A stretch of DNA of 62,930 nt, counting the filler, from Globobulimina sp. (lineage: Eukaryota), in NCBI GenBank assembly GCA_003354225.1. It is 27 parts of 27 records of this genome, joined end to end, with 100 filler letters (N's around TTAATTAATTAA, not from the genome) between each part and the next. Parts side by side here need not be neighbours in the genome. Positions count along the whole stretch, not along the records: positions 23,359 to 25,593 come from PIVH01008000.1; positions 25,694 to 27,928 come from PIVH01008001.1; positions 28,029 to 30,263 come from PIVH01008002.1; positions 30,364 to 32,598 come from PIVH01008003.1; positions 32,699 to 34,933 come from PIVH01008004.1; positions 35,034 to 37,267 come from PIVH01008005.1; 21 more parts are not named here. The stretch is one strand, 5' to 3'. The notes under the pieces are model-generated. The model did no database searches. It had not been told where the DNA came from and saw only the letters and a list, made by a program, of their open reading frames with translations. The position numbers were made by a program, and so were the translations under genes. Position 1 is the stretch's first letter. Each line of letters begins with the position of its first letter. Below, one piece after another: positions 24,017 through 36,282 of this stretch.

Positions 24017-25270
24017 ATGTTGTTGGCTCTCAATCTCGTCAGCATGATAACATTCGCAACCAAACTTGAGTGTAATGATGACTCTAAATTCAGAATTGTT
24101 CAATTTACAGACACTCATTTTGGTGAATCGCATATCAGTAATTACATGACAACATCATTGATGAATAACATATTAGATGCTGAGAAACCTGATTTAGTTG
24201 TTTTATCAGGTGACAATATCAGTGGGTATACATGGACTGGCAAAAAAGGATGGTTTGCACATTTATGGAAACAAATAGTTTCTCCGATGATTAATCGAAA
24301 TATACCGTGGATATTTACTGCTGGCAATCATGATGCGGAAGGCGAATGGAACAGATCGCAAATCTTTCAACATGACATGGATAAGTATTCCAATGTAGGC
24401 AGTTTAACACAAATTGGATATATGGATGATGAAACTGGTCAGAATATATATTTTGTAGATGTTTTTAATAAAAATATGACAACAGCCAGAATATGGATGA
24501 TCGATTCTGGAATGAAAGACTGTAACAATGATTATGATTATATGGGATGTTTACAAACCGAACAAATGGAATGGTATTTGCAGCAAAATCATGACATACC
24601 GGGTATTATTTATATGCATATTCCACCGTTACAGTTGTTAACGTATTATAACAGTAACAAATATCCAATTATTGGTGAGTGGAATGGCAGCATTGCAAAT
24701 ATGCATTGTTTTGATGAAACAAATTTAAATAATAAAAGATTTATTGATGAGATACTGTTGGAAAATTCTGATATTATTGCAATGTTTCATGGCCACGAAC
24801 ATTCATCTGATTGGTTGCTGTTATACGAAAACGATTTGTTGCTTGGTTTTGGCAGAAAAAGTGGTGAAGGATGGATGATTGGAATTGATATTGATTTTGC
24901 AAAAATATCTGGCGTTCGAGTGTTTGAATTTGAATGTAATAATCCAAAACAATGGAAAACGTGGATTGGAGATAAATATATGAATAGGATTCAAGTTACA
25001 TCTTTTGATGAAATGAAGAAACAACAAATGTATAAAAAAGATGATGAGGATGTTGTTTGTGAGGAAAATAGTAACAAAGAAATTAAATGTTCATCTGCGA
25101 GGCATTGGGAAGGTTGGAAACCAAATGTTGAGGAACAATTTAAACATTGGCTGACACTATATATTGTGGATATTTTTGATTTAGTTTGCAGGTCGAGATT
25201 GTTATGGTTTGTTGATTACTATATTTGGGATATTGGTATCAGTGATCGTGAAGAGAGTAAGAATGAATAA
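24017..25270 (+). CDS. Secreted calcineurin-like metallophosphoesterase (Dcr2/purple acid phosphatase-like)
   Basis: Signal peptide; QFTDTHFGE, SGDN, GNHD, HIP and GHEH motifs. Confidence 0.88.
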   Translation: MLLALNLVSMITFATKLECNDDSKFRIVQFTDTHFGESHISNYMTTSLMNNILDAEKPDLVVLSGDNISGYTWTGKKGWFAHLWKQIVSPMINRNIPWIFTAGNHDAEGEWNRSQIFQHDMDKYSNVGSLTQIGYMDDETGQNIYFVDVFNKNMTTARIWMIDSGMKDCNNDYDYMGCLQTEQMEWYLQQNHDIPGIIYMHIPPLQLLTYYNSNKYPIIGEWNGSIANMHCFDETNLNNKRFIDEILLENSDIIAMFHGHEHSSDWLLLYENDLLLGFGRKSGEGWMIGIDIDFAKISGVRVFEFECNNPKQWKTWIGDKYMNRIQVTSFDEMKKQQMYKKDDEDVVCEENSNKEIKCSSARHWEGWKPNVEEQFKHWLTLYIVDIFDLVCRSRLLWFVDYYIWDIGISDREESKNE

Positions 25271-25693
25271 TGATTTTATAATATTTGTGAACTTATAATT
25301 AATAACGTAACAGAATCATGGCCATATTTGTTGTACCATCACAGTTAAACTGTATTATCACTTTACATTTAAGCGTCCATTCTGGCATTCTCTCCAAACT
25401 GCAACATATACTCTTAACCTATACATTAGGGCTATCCAAGACTCACAGTAAACTGTTTTTCTTTGTCAGGCATCAAACTCCCATCATGGCACTCCGAGTT
25501 GCCAAAGTTCGCTTATTTTGTATCATGATCGCACACTTCCTCCTCTTATTCAGTGCTGGATGAAGGGCATAATCTGAACCGCTTTTTCCCTGANNNNNNN
25601 NNNNNNNNNNNNNNNNNNNNNNNNNNNNNNNNNNNNNTTAATTAATTAANNNNNNNNNNNNNNNNNNNNNNNNNNNNNNNNNNNNNNNNNNNN

Positions 25694-26519
25694 TTTATTG
25701 AATTTAGACCGACCGCATGACGGTATGCAATATTATAATTATTTTGATTGTGTATTGATATCAGATTTTACAAACCAATATGAATTAATATTTTATGGCT
25801 CGTTATTGAAAATAAAATCTATTTTAAATATCCAGTTATCGATAAATTATGAATTTTATTTGCATGTTTTTGACATTTTATTTTCAAAAATTGTAAATGG
25901 AAACGTGTTATATCAAGCATTAGAAATAAATGATGTACCCATTGTCATTACAAACACTTTAAAAAATATGTTAACTGGAAATGACACCGACGATGATATG
26001 GATGAATATATATTGCAGTTATTCAATGATTATGCACTACGAACGCAACATATTCATATTAATTTGTGGCTATTTGATTTAGAATCGGTGTCAGATGAGA
26101 AAGAACAAGAAAATATAGACAGGCTATATGGATATAAAATATTTCAACCATTTTTTGTTTCAAATGATAACGAATGGATATATTTAAATAACTTATGTAA
26201 AATATTTAAAAATTGTAATATTTTGCATATTTATAATGGTGATTGGATTAAAAAAGAATTATTGCAATCGATTCAAATTAATGCAGTGTTTATTGACAAA
26301 TTAATTCAATGTTTATCAAATAAAAATAATTTACGCACTGTTTACATATATTTACCAAATTATAATCGTAAAGATTTAAAGGATATAATAAATGATTTTA
26401 AATATAGATTTTCTGCAATTAAATGGCAAATATCCATTCAAAAACTAACTGTGATGGATTATAGTGATACTTTCAGTGTTGTTGATACTTTACATATTGA
26501 TAACAATTCGTTTCTATAA
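25694..26519 (+). CDS. 3' part of a hypothetical protein
   Basis: 273-aa open frame; no motif recognised. Confidence 0.6.
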
Positions 26520-26723
26520 CTATATGAAACGATGTTTTGTGACATTCTATATTTTTTTGTGTATGTTGGTTGCAATTGACTTCTTAATTCGCAGTGTATA
26601 AAATTTAAATACATATAATGCTATCGCATTGTATGTTGGTTGACTTCTAAATCCGCCATTCCAATGCATTTATTCAAACAATGTGCACTATAATCCGCAG
26701 TGAACACAAAATAAGCAGCCAAT

Positions 26724-26793
26724 ATCCCACGCCAGGATTTGAACCTGGATTACTTGCATAAAAGCTGTGCTCTTCCAATTGAGCTACGTGAGA
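26724..26793 (-). pseudogene. tRNA-like sequence (possibly Lys-TTT derived) with a broken anticodon arm
   Basis: Acceptor TCTCACG/CGTGGGA, D arm GCTC-AATTGGAA-GAGC and T arm CCAGG-TTCAAAT-CCTGG are intact. Only 20 poorly pairing nt lie between the D and T arms. Confidence 0.75.
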
Positions 26794-27062
26794 TTTATGC
26801 ACCCGGAAATCACCAACAACAAAATTAATATGTTTTGTTGGTATATAGATATAAAAGGCAATACTGAGGTGTTCGACAGTACTGAAATGACAATATGCAT
26901 ATTCATCTAATGATTATATACATACATTATATTAAAAATTAAAATGTCAGCTGTTATGATTATGAATTTATGATTATGCTAAATCTATTTCTGCGATTCA
27001 AATCTATTTATAAGGGAATCCAAATTCCGAGTATCTAAGCAACTTAGTTTACCAATCATAAA

Positions 27063-27705
27063 ATGAACAAATTAATACACATTCTTATTCTGTTAACATT
27101 AATTGGAACAGCATTTTATTCTCTTTGTAAAAGAATTAAAAAAAAAAAACAGCTCAAAAATAGTATGTTTTATTTTATTTTATACAATATTATACAGTAT
27201 TATATGTAACTTTGTTCATTGTTCATATTCAGGTTGCAATCGTTGGGTGGCATATTCAGTAAACGAATGCAATAACGACGGACCAGGTTATTCATTTAAA
27301 TATATTTGTGACAGTCACACTACATTTGCACACCTGTTTTTTGATGGACCAGATTGTCATTATTCAATGTACAATGCTACAGCATCAATAAGAGGCGAAC
27401 AATGTGATTTAGCAAATGAGTGTGATTGTTCATTCGATTCATCACAAACTCACTGTGATTCTGCCACACAAACTCAGACAAGCTGTACAACAGGCGAGAC
27501 TTTTACAGCCACCGTTGTTATCAACAAATGTATTAAGTATGGGCATCCATATTATTATGATTGTCTTGACGATGGAACATTTGTTAAATATGACTATCCT
27601 TCCTCACAAAGTGATTGTTTCATTGGCAATGCAAAACCAACCATCTTGACTACATCTTGTGATGATGGTACTTCACCAGATTTTAAATTCAGTTGTACTA
27701 AATAA
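27063..27705 (+). CDS. Secreted cysteine-rich protein; 5' splicing ambiguous
   Basis: Signal-peptide exon MNKLIHILILLTLIGTAF from 27063, then a Cys-rich exon ending at 27705. Confidence 0.6.
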
Positions 27706-28030
27706 TTTTTAATTAAGTCTAAATTGAACGATCTATCACATTTGATAACCCCCTCCTTTTGGATAACCACGCCCTTAATTTGTATACATTCCATTCAATT
27801 ATAGTCTTTGTGCTGGATTAAGTCTTTGTCGTTTATGAGTGTCAACTCGATCACTACACTACTCTGCTCGGCTCGACTCCGACTCACTAGTATTTTCTTG
27901 TGTGTTTACTTGTCTACGTCAGCGATATNNNNNNNNNNNNNNNNNNNNNNNNNNNNNNNNNNNNNNNNNNNNTTAATTAATTAANNNNNNNNNNNNNNNN
28001 NNNNNNNNNNNNNNNNNNNNNNNNNNNNTT

Positions 28031-30263
28031 GCATCCATTTTGGAGAAAACATTATGGAAAGAAGAGTCTGTAAAATGTCTCCATAAATTAGCAAAATGGG
28101 ACGTTATTTATGATAAAACCAAGACGAAAATTGAAAATATTGATCAAGAATGCAAATTTCAAGACAATTTATGGCGTTTCCTCGATAAACAAGATTTAGA
28201 ATTAACACAGCAATCCACATTGCAATCATGGTTCGAAGATTGGTTGTTATCATCGGTTAAAATACAAGAAAAATGGAACAGTGAACTATATAAACATATG
28301 GATGAGTGGCTTAATGGAAAAGGAATTGAAATAAAACGCGATTTTATACAAAATAATTATTCGCAAATGTTAGCATTTTTATATTCGACAAAAAATGATT
28401 TAATTCGAACAAAAGTTTTTTGTAATAAATCTTATGACATAATGTTGGAAAAATGGTGTAATTTACCGACATTCGCAGTGAATGCAAAGAAATTATTATT
28501 ATCCAGATTGCAAACATTGGTTGAAATTGATGAATTTGTAACCATTGTCCAAATGGAATCGAATCTTGACAAAGATAACAATGGCAATGATTTAGAGGAT
28601 ATATTAACTTGTTGGAAGCGAAGATATCCGAAGATTACCGACGATATATTAATATGGGATGATATCTCCTTTTATCGACAAATGTATGTCAAAAGAATCA
28701 GTTCAATTCGATCAGCCCAGCATTTGAAGGAGTTAATGACTGAAGTTCAGGTCGATACATTATATGAGTCAATCCGGGCCATGATTTATCAAAAGAATTA
28801 TAGCGTAGCTCTGCAATACCTAACCAATGCTGCTTTGCTCGGTTCATTTAATACAAAATTTAAATTGCAACAAATAGAGTTATCGTTGGGCTCTGTGTTG
28901 GATGATAACAAAAAAGAGAAAAAAGAGAAACTGACTTCCATACAGCAATTAAATGAAAAAATAACAAACTATATAGATAATAATATGGATGATCACAATT
29001 GGAGTGACTTTGAAAATGAAATGTATTTATTAAAAGCTCAAATGTTATTTAACATTGCTTCCTTGATTGATAATGAGGATGGCGCATTGATAAAATATGT
29101 GAATCATACAAATGATGTGAATGATATTTATAAAGAATCCAGAACGTTTTATAGAAAGTCATTAAATACATTTATTGCTCCGGATGATGACGAAAAAGAA
29201 GAAAAATATGCGGTGGACGGTGATATTAAATGGGATGATAATCGACAAGAAGACGAAAACAATGATGAAGATGACGAAGGATATGAAATAAACATAGAAA
29301 GACAAAGATTATTACGAGAACATGAATATAATCATTCAAAAGCACATAATTGTCTGGCCTTCTTTTGTAACAATCGATTGTTATCCATCGATGGCAAAGC
29401 TCGCAAAAAAGCTGAAGAGAAAGAAATAAATAAAATTAAAGTGTATGAAATGAGCCGACAACATAGTGCTTTTGAAATTAATTTAGGCACAGAATTTATA
29501 GAGAATATTATGCGAGCAATGATATACAACAATGATGATTCGCGAGATATGTTTCCGCGCGTTTTAGAAATTGCAGAAATGAATGTTGCCGTTTTAGGGC
29601 CATTAATAAATCGGTTAAGTAAAAAAATTCCCTGTTGGATGTTTATTCGATGGATACCGCAGATGTTGGCTGAATTGGGTTCAACACAGTATTTAAGAGT
29701 TTATGTGATGCCAATTTTATTGCGAATTGCTAGAATGTATCCAGGCGCTTTAATATATCCTTTTAATTTGACATCACAGGATTTAAAGAATGATGGTGGT
29801 GCAAGCGAATCTATTCAAGAATTGCACGAGTTATTAAAACAAATGGCAGGCTATGATTTAATATGCACTTTTACTGAAGCATTGGATTGCTGCTGCCATC
29901 CTTCCCTCAAATTTAGTGATTGTTACAAAGAGATTAATGTGTATGATAGCGATAAGAGATTAACAGACAATGAGAAATACGATTTAATTGAAATAAGTAT
30001 CAAAACTATGATTGATGATTTATTTACTCCCTCAAAGAAATATGTAAAAAAATTAATTGGTTTAGAAAATGAAAGATTTATGCGTTGCTTTGCCGGACAC
30101 ATACGTTCAACATTTGGAGCAAACGGCGAAAAGGTGAGAAGAATCCCGCTTGCAACCATTAAAAAAGAATTAAGTTCTATTCAAAAAAAGAATCTTTTTA
30201 CTTCGTTTGTGAGTGGAAAAAAAAAGGGTGGCAAATTGGAATTAAATAATTATTCTTCTTGGT
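28031..30263 (+). CDS. PRKDC: DNA-dependent protein kinase catalytic subunit, internal FAT-region fragment
   Basis: LQTLVEIDEF, WKRRYP..WDDI, MFPRVLEI, IPCWMFIRWIPQM, YPGALIYPF and LNNYSSW resemble DNA-PKcs rather than ATM, ATR or TOR. Confidence 0.82.
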
Positions 30264-30363
30264 NNNNNNNNNNNNNNNNNNNNNNNNNNNNNNNNNNNNN
30301 NNNNNNNTTAATTAATTAANNNNNNNNNNNNNNNNNNNNNNNNNNNNNNNNNNNNNNNNNNNN

Positions 30364-31285
30364 AAACACAACACAAAAAGATCAAAACTTTGTTATTTAA
30401 TGATAATAATATATTATGTGAATAGCTACAACATATTTTACCAATTTTAATATTGTTTTGAATAAAATATTGTATTCTTGTTGCTAAATATCTATTATTA
30501 TCATCTCCATGGCCTAATCTGCCATCCCTACCGTATCCCCATGACCAAACACCATAATTATCATCAAGTGCTAAGGTATGTTCTCTTCCACAACATATAT
30601 CCTTAAATTTTGTTTTTATTTGAATTTCTTGAATATTTGGTGATGATTTAATATTTTTACCTAATCCTAAACCACCACAACCCCAATCATAACCAGCAAC
30701 ATATATTTTTCCATTATCACTTAAAAATGTTGTATAAAACCCTGCTGTGGCTACTTTTTGAATCGATAACGATGTATTAATTGGTGTCCATTTATTATTA
30801 TTTTCTGTATTTGTTTTTATACCAAATTGATTATAAGAATTCCGTCCGACTGCATATAATTTATTCTCATTTGAAATACAAAATGAATGTTCTGATCCAT
30901 TTGACGCTGAAAATATATTTTTTATTTTCATATCTTTCGAATTCATTTGATGCCCTAATATAATATTCATTTGAACACCTAATACACCATATTCATTAAA
31001 ACATTCATATGTTTCATCATCAAATAAAATGTATGTTGTTCTATCACAAGTAACAACGTTTTGTATTTGTTTTTTAAATGTTTTTATTTTTGTTATTTTT
31101 GTAATATCTTCATTTCCTCCATTTCCTTGTAGTCCATATCGATTATCACCAATAGAATATAATTCCAATATTTTATATATTAGGAAGGAATGAATGATAC
31201 TAAGAATATCTCTATGGATGTAGTGGGATCTAAATTTTCTAACGTATCCACTTACTAACAATTGAGACAAGACAGCATGGTTCAT
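30364..31285 (-). CDS. RCC1/BLIP-II repeat protein with N-terminal LLVSGYVR module; 3'-partial
   Basis: GDNRYGLQG, GRNSYNQFG, CGREHTLAL, WSWGYGRDGRLGHG. Confidence 0.88.
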
Positions 31286-31460
31286 TTTTAGTTAAAGGTG
31301 GCGGAAACTGCGTAACTTTTTATGGTGAAGTTTTCGAAAGCGTTACTAAAGAAATTCCTGGAAACTCTCGCTTGCGGACCCACTTTCTGTGCAATGTGAT
31401 TGCTTGTAACTGTGGAGAAGTGCAAAGAAGATAACTGACTATAAACCTATATTCAGACAG

Positions 31461-32483
31461 TCAGACAAATCCAACATCTGTTAATGCATTTAATACAATA
31501 AAATCTCTACAAAATTCAAACACACGATTAACACATTCAGTATCCGTCGCAGACGTAAAATGAAAATAAATGGATCGTTCCGTCTCTCTGTCTCTGTCTC
31601 GCGCAGTCACCGAGTCATCCTCATCATTGCTGTGCTTTGGAGAGTCATATTTTCCATATTTAGGGTCTTGTTGTTGTTTAAATTTATTGACAATAAATTG
31701 TGCCACCAAATCGGCAGTTTCTTTCCCTTCATACTCTTTAAAGAATCCTTTGATGGAATAGTGTGCAATCTTTTTCTCGAACAAATCATACTTATTCAAA
31801 AATAAAATAACATGCGCTTTCCGCAGTGCATTCATGTGATACACCCTACGAAATAAATGCATCGCTTCTCGCATCCTATTATACGATGGTTCCTCCCATA
31901 ACGGTTGGTTGTATCCGCTGATTGCTGCTACAAATATATAGGCGGTGGCCGCCCTGATCACATTCATCCACTTCTTACGCTCTGTTCTCTGTCCGCCCGC
32001 ATCATACAAATCGTAATATTCTGTGCAAGTCCTCCCGTGGTTGCGTTTTGAGACCAATTTGAAGGATAAAGTCTGTATTCCGACAGTGCGCTGTTTCACG
32101 TGTAAATAGTCTGTGTATGTCGGGATGTACTCCGGTTTGCAGTATAAGGACATATGTTGTATTAAATAATCAAAATTGTCTGATAATTGAAACTGGTATC
32201 GGTATTTTAATGTTTTCTGTATGCCATCGTCCTGTAGCAATCTCGTAAACATGTCACACAATTTCGCATCGAATAAGGTTCTGTCGTTTAGCCTGGCCAC
32301 TAAATTGCGTATGTCTCTGTTCTCTGAGCATACTTTTGTGTCGGCGGCGTCGTGTTGTTCGGCTAATATGTCACTGTAAATGCATAAGATCCGAAATGAT
32401 TCAATCAAATTGGCGGTTAAATGGGGCTTACAATTCACAAAATCGTTGGTGCAGTATTGCTTGCCATGCAATTTCCTCATTTG
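31461..32483 (-). CDS. Heterotrimeric G-protein alpha subunit; 5' exon(s) with P-loop missing
   Basis: DAGGQRTERKKW, FLNKYD and TSATDT; an AG acceptor lies directly before QMRKLHG. Confidence 0.92.
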   Translation of the reverse strand, partial: QMRKLHGKQYCTNDFVNCKPHLTANLIESFRILCIYSDILAEQHDAADTKVCSENRDIRNLVARLNDRTLFDAKLCDMFTRLLQDDGIQKTLKYRYQFQLSDNFDYLIQHMSLYCKPEYIPTYTDYLHVKQRTVGIQTLSFKLVSKRNHGRTCTEYYDLYDAGGQRTERKKWMNVIRAATAYIFVAAISGYNQPLWEEPSYNRMREAMHLFRRVYHMNALRKAHVILFLNKYDLFEKKIAHYSIKGFFKEYEGKETADLVAQFIVNKFKQQQDPKYGKYDSPKHSNDEDDSVTARDRDRETERSIYFHFTSATDTECVNRVFEFCRDFIVLNALTDVGFV

Positions 32484-32698
32484 CTGCGTAATTAATCATG
32501 TTTTGCAATTGCAGATAAGACACCATTCAAATAGTTTGTGTCAATTAATAAATATCCATTTTTTAAAATCAGAGTCAAATCAGATCAGAGTCAAATGTNN
32601 NNNNNNNNNNNNNNNNNNNNNNNNNNNNNNNNNNNNNNNNNNTTAATTAATTAANNNNNNNNNNNNNNNNNNNNNNNNNNNNNNNNNNNNNNNNNNNN

Positions 32699-33301
32699 AA
32701 AAGGCACACCCTGCCAACGCCAATTATCAATATTCAATTCCAAAGCAGCATAGGTGGGAGTTTGTGAGCCAGGGGTCACACGGTCTGCTTGTAAATAGCC
32801 ATCGTATTGCGCCCGTACCGTGACGGCTAAATCAACAGGGCGAATCGAGTTGAATAACTTCACCTTTTCATTGCGAATGGCATCTGCATCTTCAAACGAA
32901 GAGGGCGGCTCCATCGCCACCAGCGCGAGCAACTGCATCAAATGATTTTGGAACATATCGCGGACCACACCAGCCTGATCGTAATAGCCAGCCCGATGCC
33001 CCACATCGACGCTTTCCGCTACAGTAATTTGCACGTTGTCCACATAGTTGCGATTCCAAATCGGTTCAAAAATCGTATTTGCAAAGCGGAAGTACAAAAT
33101 ATTCTGTGCTGTCTCTTTACCTAGGTAATGGTCAATACGATAAATCTGATGCTCTAAAAACACACCATGTATGGCTTCGTTGAGTTCCTGTGCCGATTTC
33201 AAATCATGACCAAATGGTTTTTCGATGACCACATGCCGCCATCCATTTTTCCCTTCTCGTGCCAAACCAGCTTGTCCTAAACTTTTCACAATCGGTACAA
33301 A
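32699..33301 (-). CDS. zwf: Bacterial-type glucose-6-phosphate 1-dehydrogenase, internal fragment
   Basis: [30 protein letters not shown]. No introns, visibly higher GC, and the N-terminus is missing at an internal junction. Confidence 0.93.
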
Positions 33302-33309
33302 GACCGGTG

Positions 33310-33880
33310 ATAGAAAACCAGCCTATAAATCCTTATAGGCCCGAGCCCCAACAAAAATGCAAAAGAAAATAAATCACAGAACCAAACAACACTAAAAAAC
33401 TAATAACGGAACAAAAATTACAGATAAAATAAACAAAGGCAAAAAAAAAACTGTTTTCAAAATAAGATAAAAGTTACTACAGTCTCACTTCAGTCAGTCA
33501 CTTAAAGATAAACAAAAGAAACAAAGTAATAAAGGGCACATACTAAAATATCAAATAATAGAACAATTACAGACAGAATAGATTGATTTGACATAAGCTG
33601 AGTGGCATCATCCATATTACTTTAGTCGTCCAGTCGTGATCACGAAAGCAATTATTGATTGCAATATGAATTTACGGTGACACCAACGCATGTCAATGGG
33701 TGGGAATAAGAGGGTTTTCAATTCAATGGTGATTCTATATTTTGTGTAATATGTTGAAATGTTTTTAATCAATTTACATCGTTCAATTTTATATGCAGGA
33801 CAATATAATATCAAATGCTCAGTATCTTCAATAGCACCACAAACACAACGACCGCTGTTATTTAATAAGTGCTTTATGAT
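33310..33880 (-). mobile_element. 3' end of a non-LTR retrotransposon (C-terminal CCHC knuckle, stop at 33617, then putative 3' UTR)
   Basis: CVCGAIEDTEHLILYCPAY..ER..L and terminal FVITTGRL are typical LINE ORF2 ends. Hairpin GCCTATAA/TTATAGGC at 33321-33340. Confidence 0.78.
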
Positions 33881-34354
33881 GTTGATGGCACAAATAGTGA
33901 TCAAATAAATAAGATAGTCAGCAAATATAATTGCAATGTGATTTGGTGGAATTGTCCTCATGTAATCAGGGAATGTGATGTTATGAAGGTTGAAAATCAG
34001 CGATTGATGCTTGGATTTTTTAATGCAGTGCCAGTAAACATTAAAATAAAAATGATTTTAACTCGAAAACAGTACGCAGATTGGGTTGTTGCTGCGTGTT
34101 TTGAGTGCGGTTGGAAAATAAATCCACTTCGCAGAAAGACAGAATATTATGTGCCGTTTACAAAACAACTGTTGTTGACTGCAGATAGTATGGGACGCAA
34201 AAAGAAGGAAGCATTTCTTATGAAGCATTTGCAAAGACATTCGGTCAAAGTAAGGCTCTCGAAATTCTCTAATTATAGGCCAACCAAAACTGATTTATCT
34301 CCATTGCCTGTCAAAAAATTATATATGATTGAATTTGTGTGCCACAATTTGTGA
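33869..34354 (+). CDS. Hypothetical protein, probably 5'-truncated at the LINE junction
   Basis: 161-aa ORF; no motif recognised. Confidence 0.45.
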   Translation: MLYDVDGTNSDQINKIVSKYNCNVIWWNCPHVIRECDVMKVENQRLMLGFFNAVPVNIKIKMILTRKQYADWVVAACFECGWKINPLRRKTEYYVPFTKQLLLTADSMGRKKKEAFLMKHLQRHSVKVRLSKFSNYRPTKTDLSPLPVKKLYMIEFVCHNL

Positions 34355-34611
34355 TCAACATTTAGATATTTAAATATAGGGATTTCGGATTTCTCTTTCA
34401 AGTGCGATGATAAACGAGTAATTGAAATCCTTTCTCATATTCTTTTCCATATTATTTGGAAATATTGTGAATAAATTTTATATATAGCTTGCAAAAAAAA
34501 ATTTATTACTATTAATGTCAACACTACTTAAAAATTTTAAAGTCGTGACATCAGTTTGCATATATTTTATCAAAGCGAAATCCAAAAGAAATCCACATTC
34601 CAAGATAAAAA

Positions 34612-34933
34612 ATGACATCGCGTGCAGTATTACAAGTATTTGAAGATTATCAAGCATCGCGAACAAAATTTGTTCAAACAATAGCGGAATTAGCATTGCG
34701 TCCGCAAAATATTGACTCATTACAGAATGCCGGAGTTATACAATTATTACGACCCTTATTATTAGACACCGTGCCATCAATTCAACAGTCAGCAGCATTG
34801 GCATTGGGTCGTTTAGCATCGTACAGTGAGGAATTAGCAGAATGTGTAGTCTCCGCCGAAGTATTGCCTCAATTAATATATAGTTTATCGGAACAAAATC
34901 GTTATTACAAGAAAGCAGCCTCATTTGTATTGC
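34612..34933 (+). CDS. SPAG6: Axonemal central-pair armadillo protein SPAG6/PF16, 5' part
   Basis: VLQVFEDYQASRTKFVQTIAELALRPQNI...LLRPLLLD.VPSIQQSAALALGRLA...QNRYYKKAASFVL. Confidence 0.95.
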
Positions 34934-35033
34934 NNNNNNNNNNNNNNNNNNNNNNNNNNNNNNNNNNNNNNNNNNNNTTAATTAATTAANNNNNNNNNNN
35001 NNNNNNNNNNNNNNNNNNNNNNNNNNNNNNNNN

Positions 35034-36089
35034 TTTCCGATATTATTTCGAATGAATGCTTCATTCCAAAAACTAGGACCAAGTGTTTGTTCAACAAATT
35101 CTGTACAGATCGCATTGAATGATACATTTGTGGAGTTATTAATGCTATGCTGGGACATTAATATTACAATTTTATTAATTTGTACTGTTTTAATCTCCGT
35201 TGGATCTACGGCTGCTCTTAATTCATCCTGTAATATAATTATCTCTTTTTCCATTGCATGTGGTGTCCGTGTTGGTGTTGGTGTAGTTTGCGTTTGTTGT
35301 GGTTGCTCGTTTGATGCATCATCCATAGAATCGGATTGTTTTATTATCGTTGTTTGCATATTTGTTAATTTGATTGGTTCCAATGTTTGTTTCTTCATTT
35401 CTGACGGTGTTGGTCGATCAGTTTGTGGTTTTTTAGGTTGATGCCGTAACATATAATCGTCGTATGTTTCTGTAAGTGTTTCAAAATTGGAATATTTTGA
35501 TTTGTAATAATTTTGCTTGCCACCTAAATATTAAATATTGGGTTTGCGACAAATTTGTTTTGGGTTTTTGTAATTTTGTATTTTGTCTAATGTGAAAACG
35601 CAAACTTAACCGAAACATTTATCTTCGTTCGATACGATATCAATCCAACCATTTTGTACGCCGTCGTGATCAAATAATTCAATGGGTAATGTTTTGTTAT
35701 ATGAAGCAGCCAAATCATGTAATGAGATGTCTGCGGATTTTGCGATTTTATCGTGATTAATTTTGAGATAGAATGAAATAGAATGCGCATAACATGGAAT
35801 ACGAAGATCTCCAATATGGGGGAAATAAATCCCACTCCATTTGTCAACTAATTGCCCGTTAGGAACTTCATAAATTAAACCATCTAACCATTCAACTTCA
35901 GCTTTAATGCTGTCTCCATGATGAATATGGCTGTATGTATGGCGTTAAATTTGATTGTGAAGATAACAGATATCGATTTAATAACTTGTAAGAATATAAA
36001 GTGATGTCGAAATGACTGATACGTATCGAATCCAAAGACAATGAATGTTGTATTGCACACACGAAAAGTGCAATGAGTAAAGGCTGCAT
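35034..36089 (-). CDS. Secreted multi-exon hypothetical protein, 3'-partial (intron 35524-35610 frame-checked)
   Basis: Signal peptide MQPLLIALFVCA. An internal exon (LDGLIYEVP...EDKCF) is spliced to the ORF containing 35452. Confidence 0.55.
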
Positions 36090-36282
36090 GGTGAAGAGTT
36101 AAAGTATGGAAAGAAGTACGTTTTGAAAATTAAAAATTAAAGATTTTGATGCTACTACAAAAGTATTTCCAAGCCTTCTTGTTTGCGAAAAGTATTTCCA
36201 AGCAACAAAATTATTTCCGATGAAATTTTGAATTCGAACAAAAACATGTCCGAAATTATTTGATTTAAATAAGTTACTACAA

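Noticed and set aside
16353-33880. Treating the two LINE pieces, or any genes on different contigs, as one locus or cluster
   Set aside because: They lie on different contigs with no overlapping sequence; order in the window is by length only.
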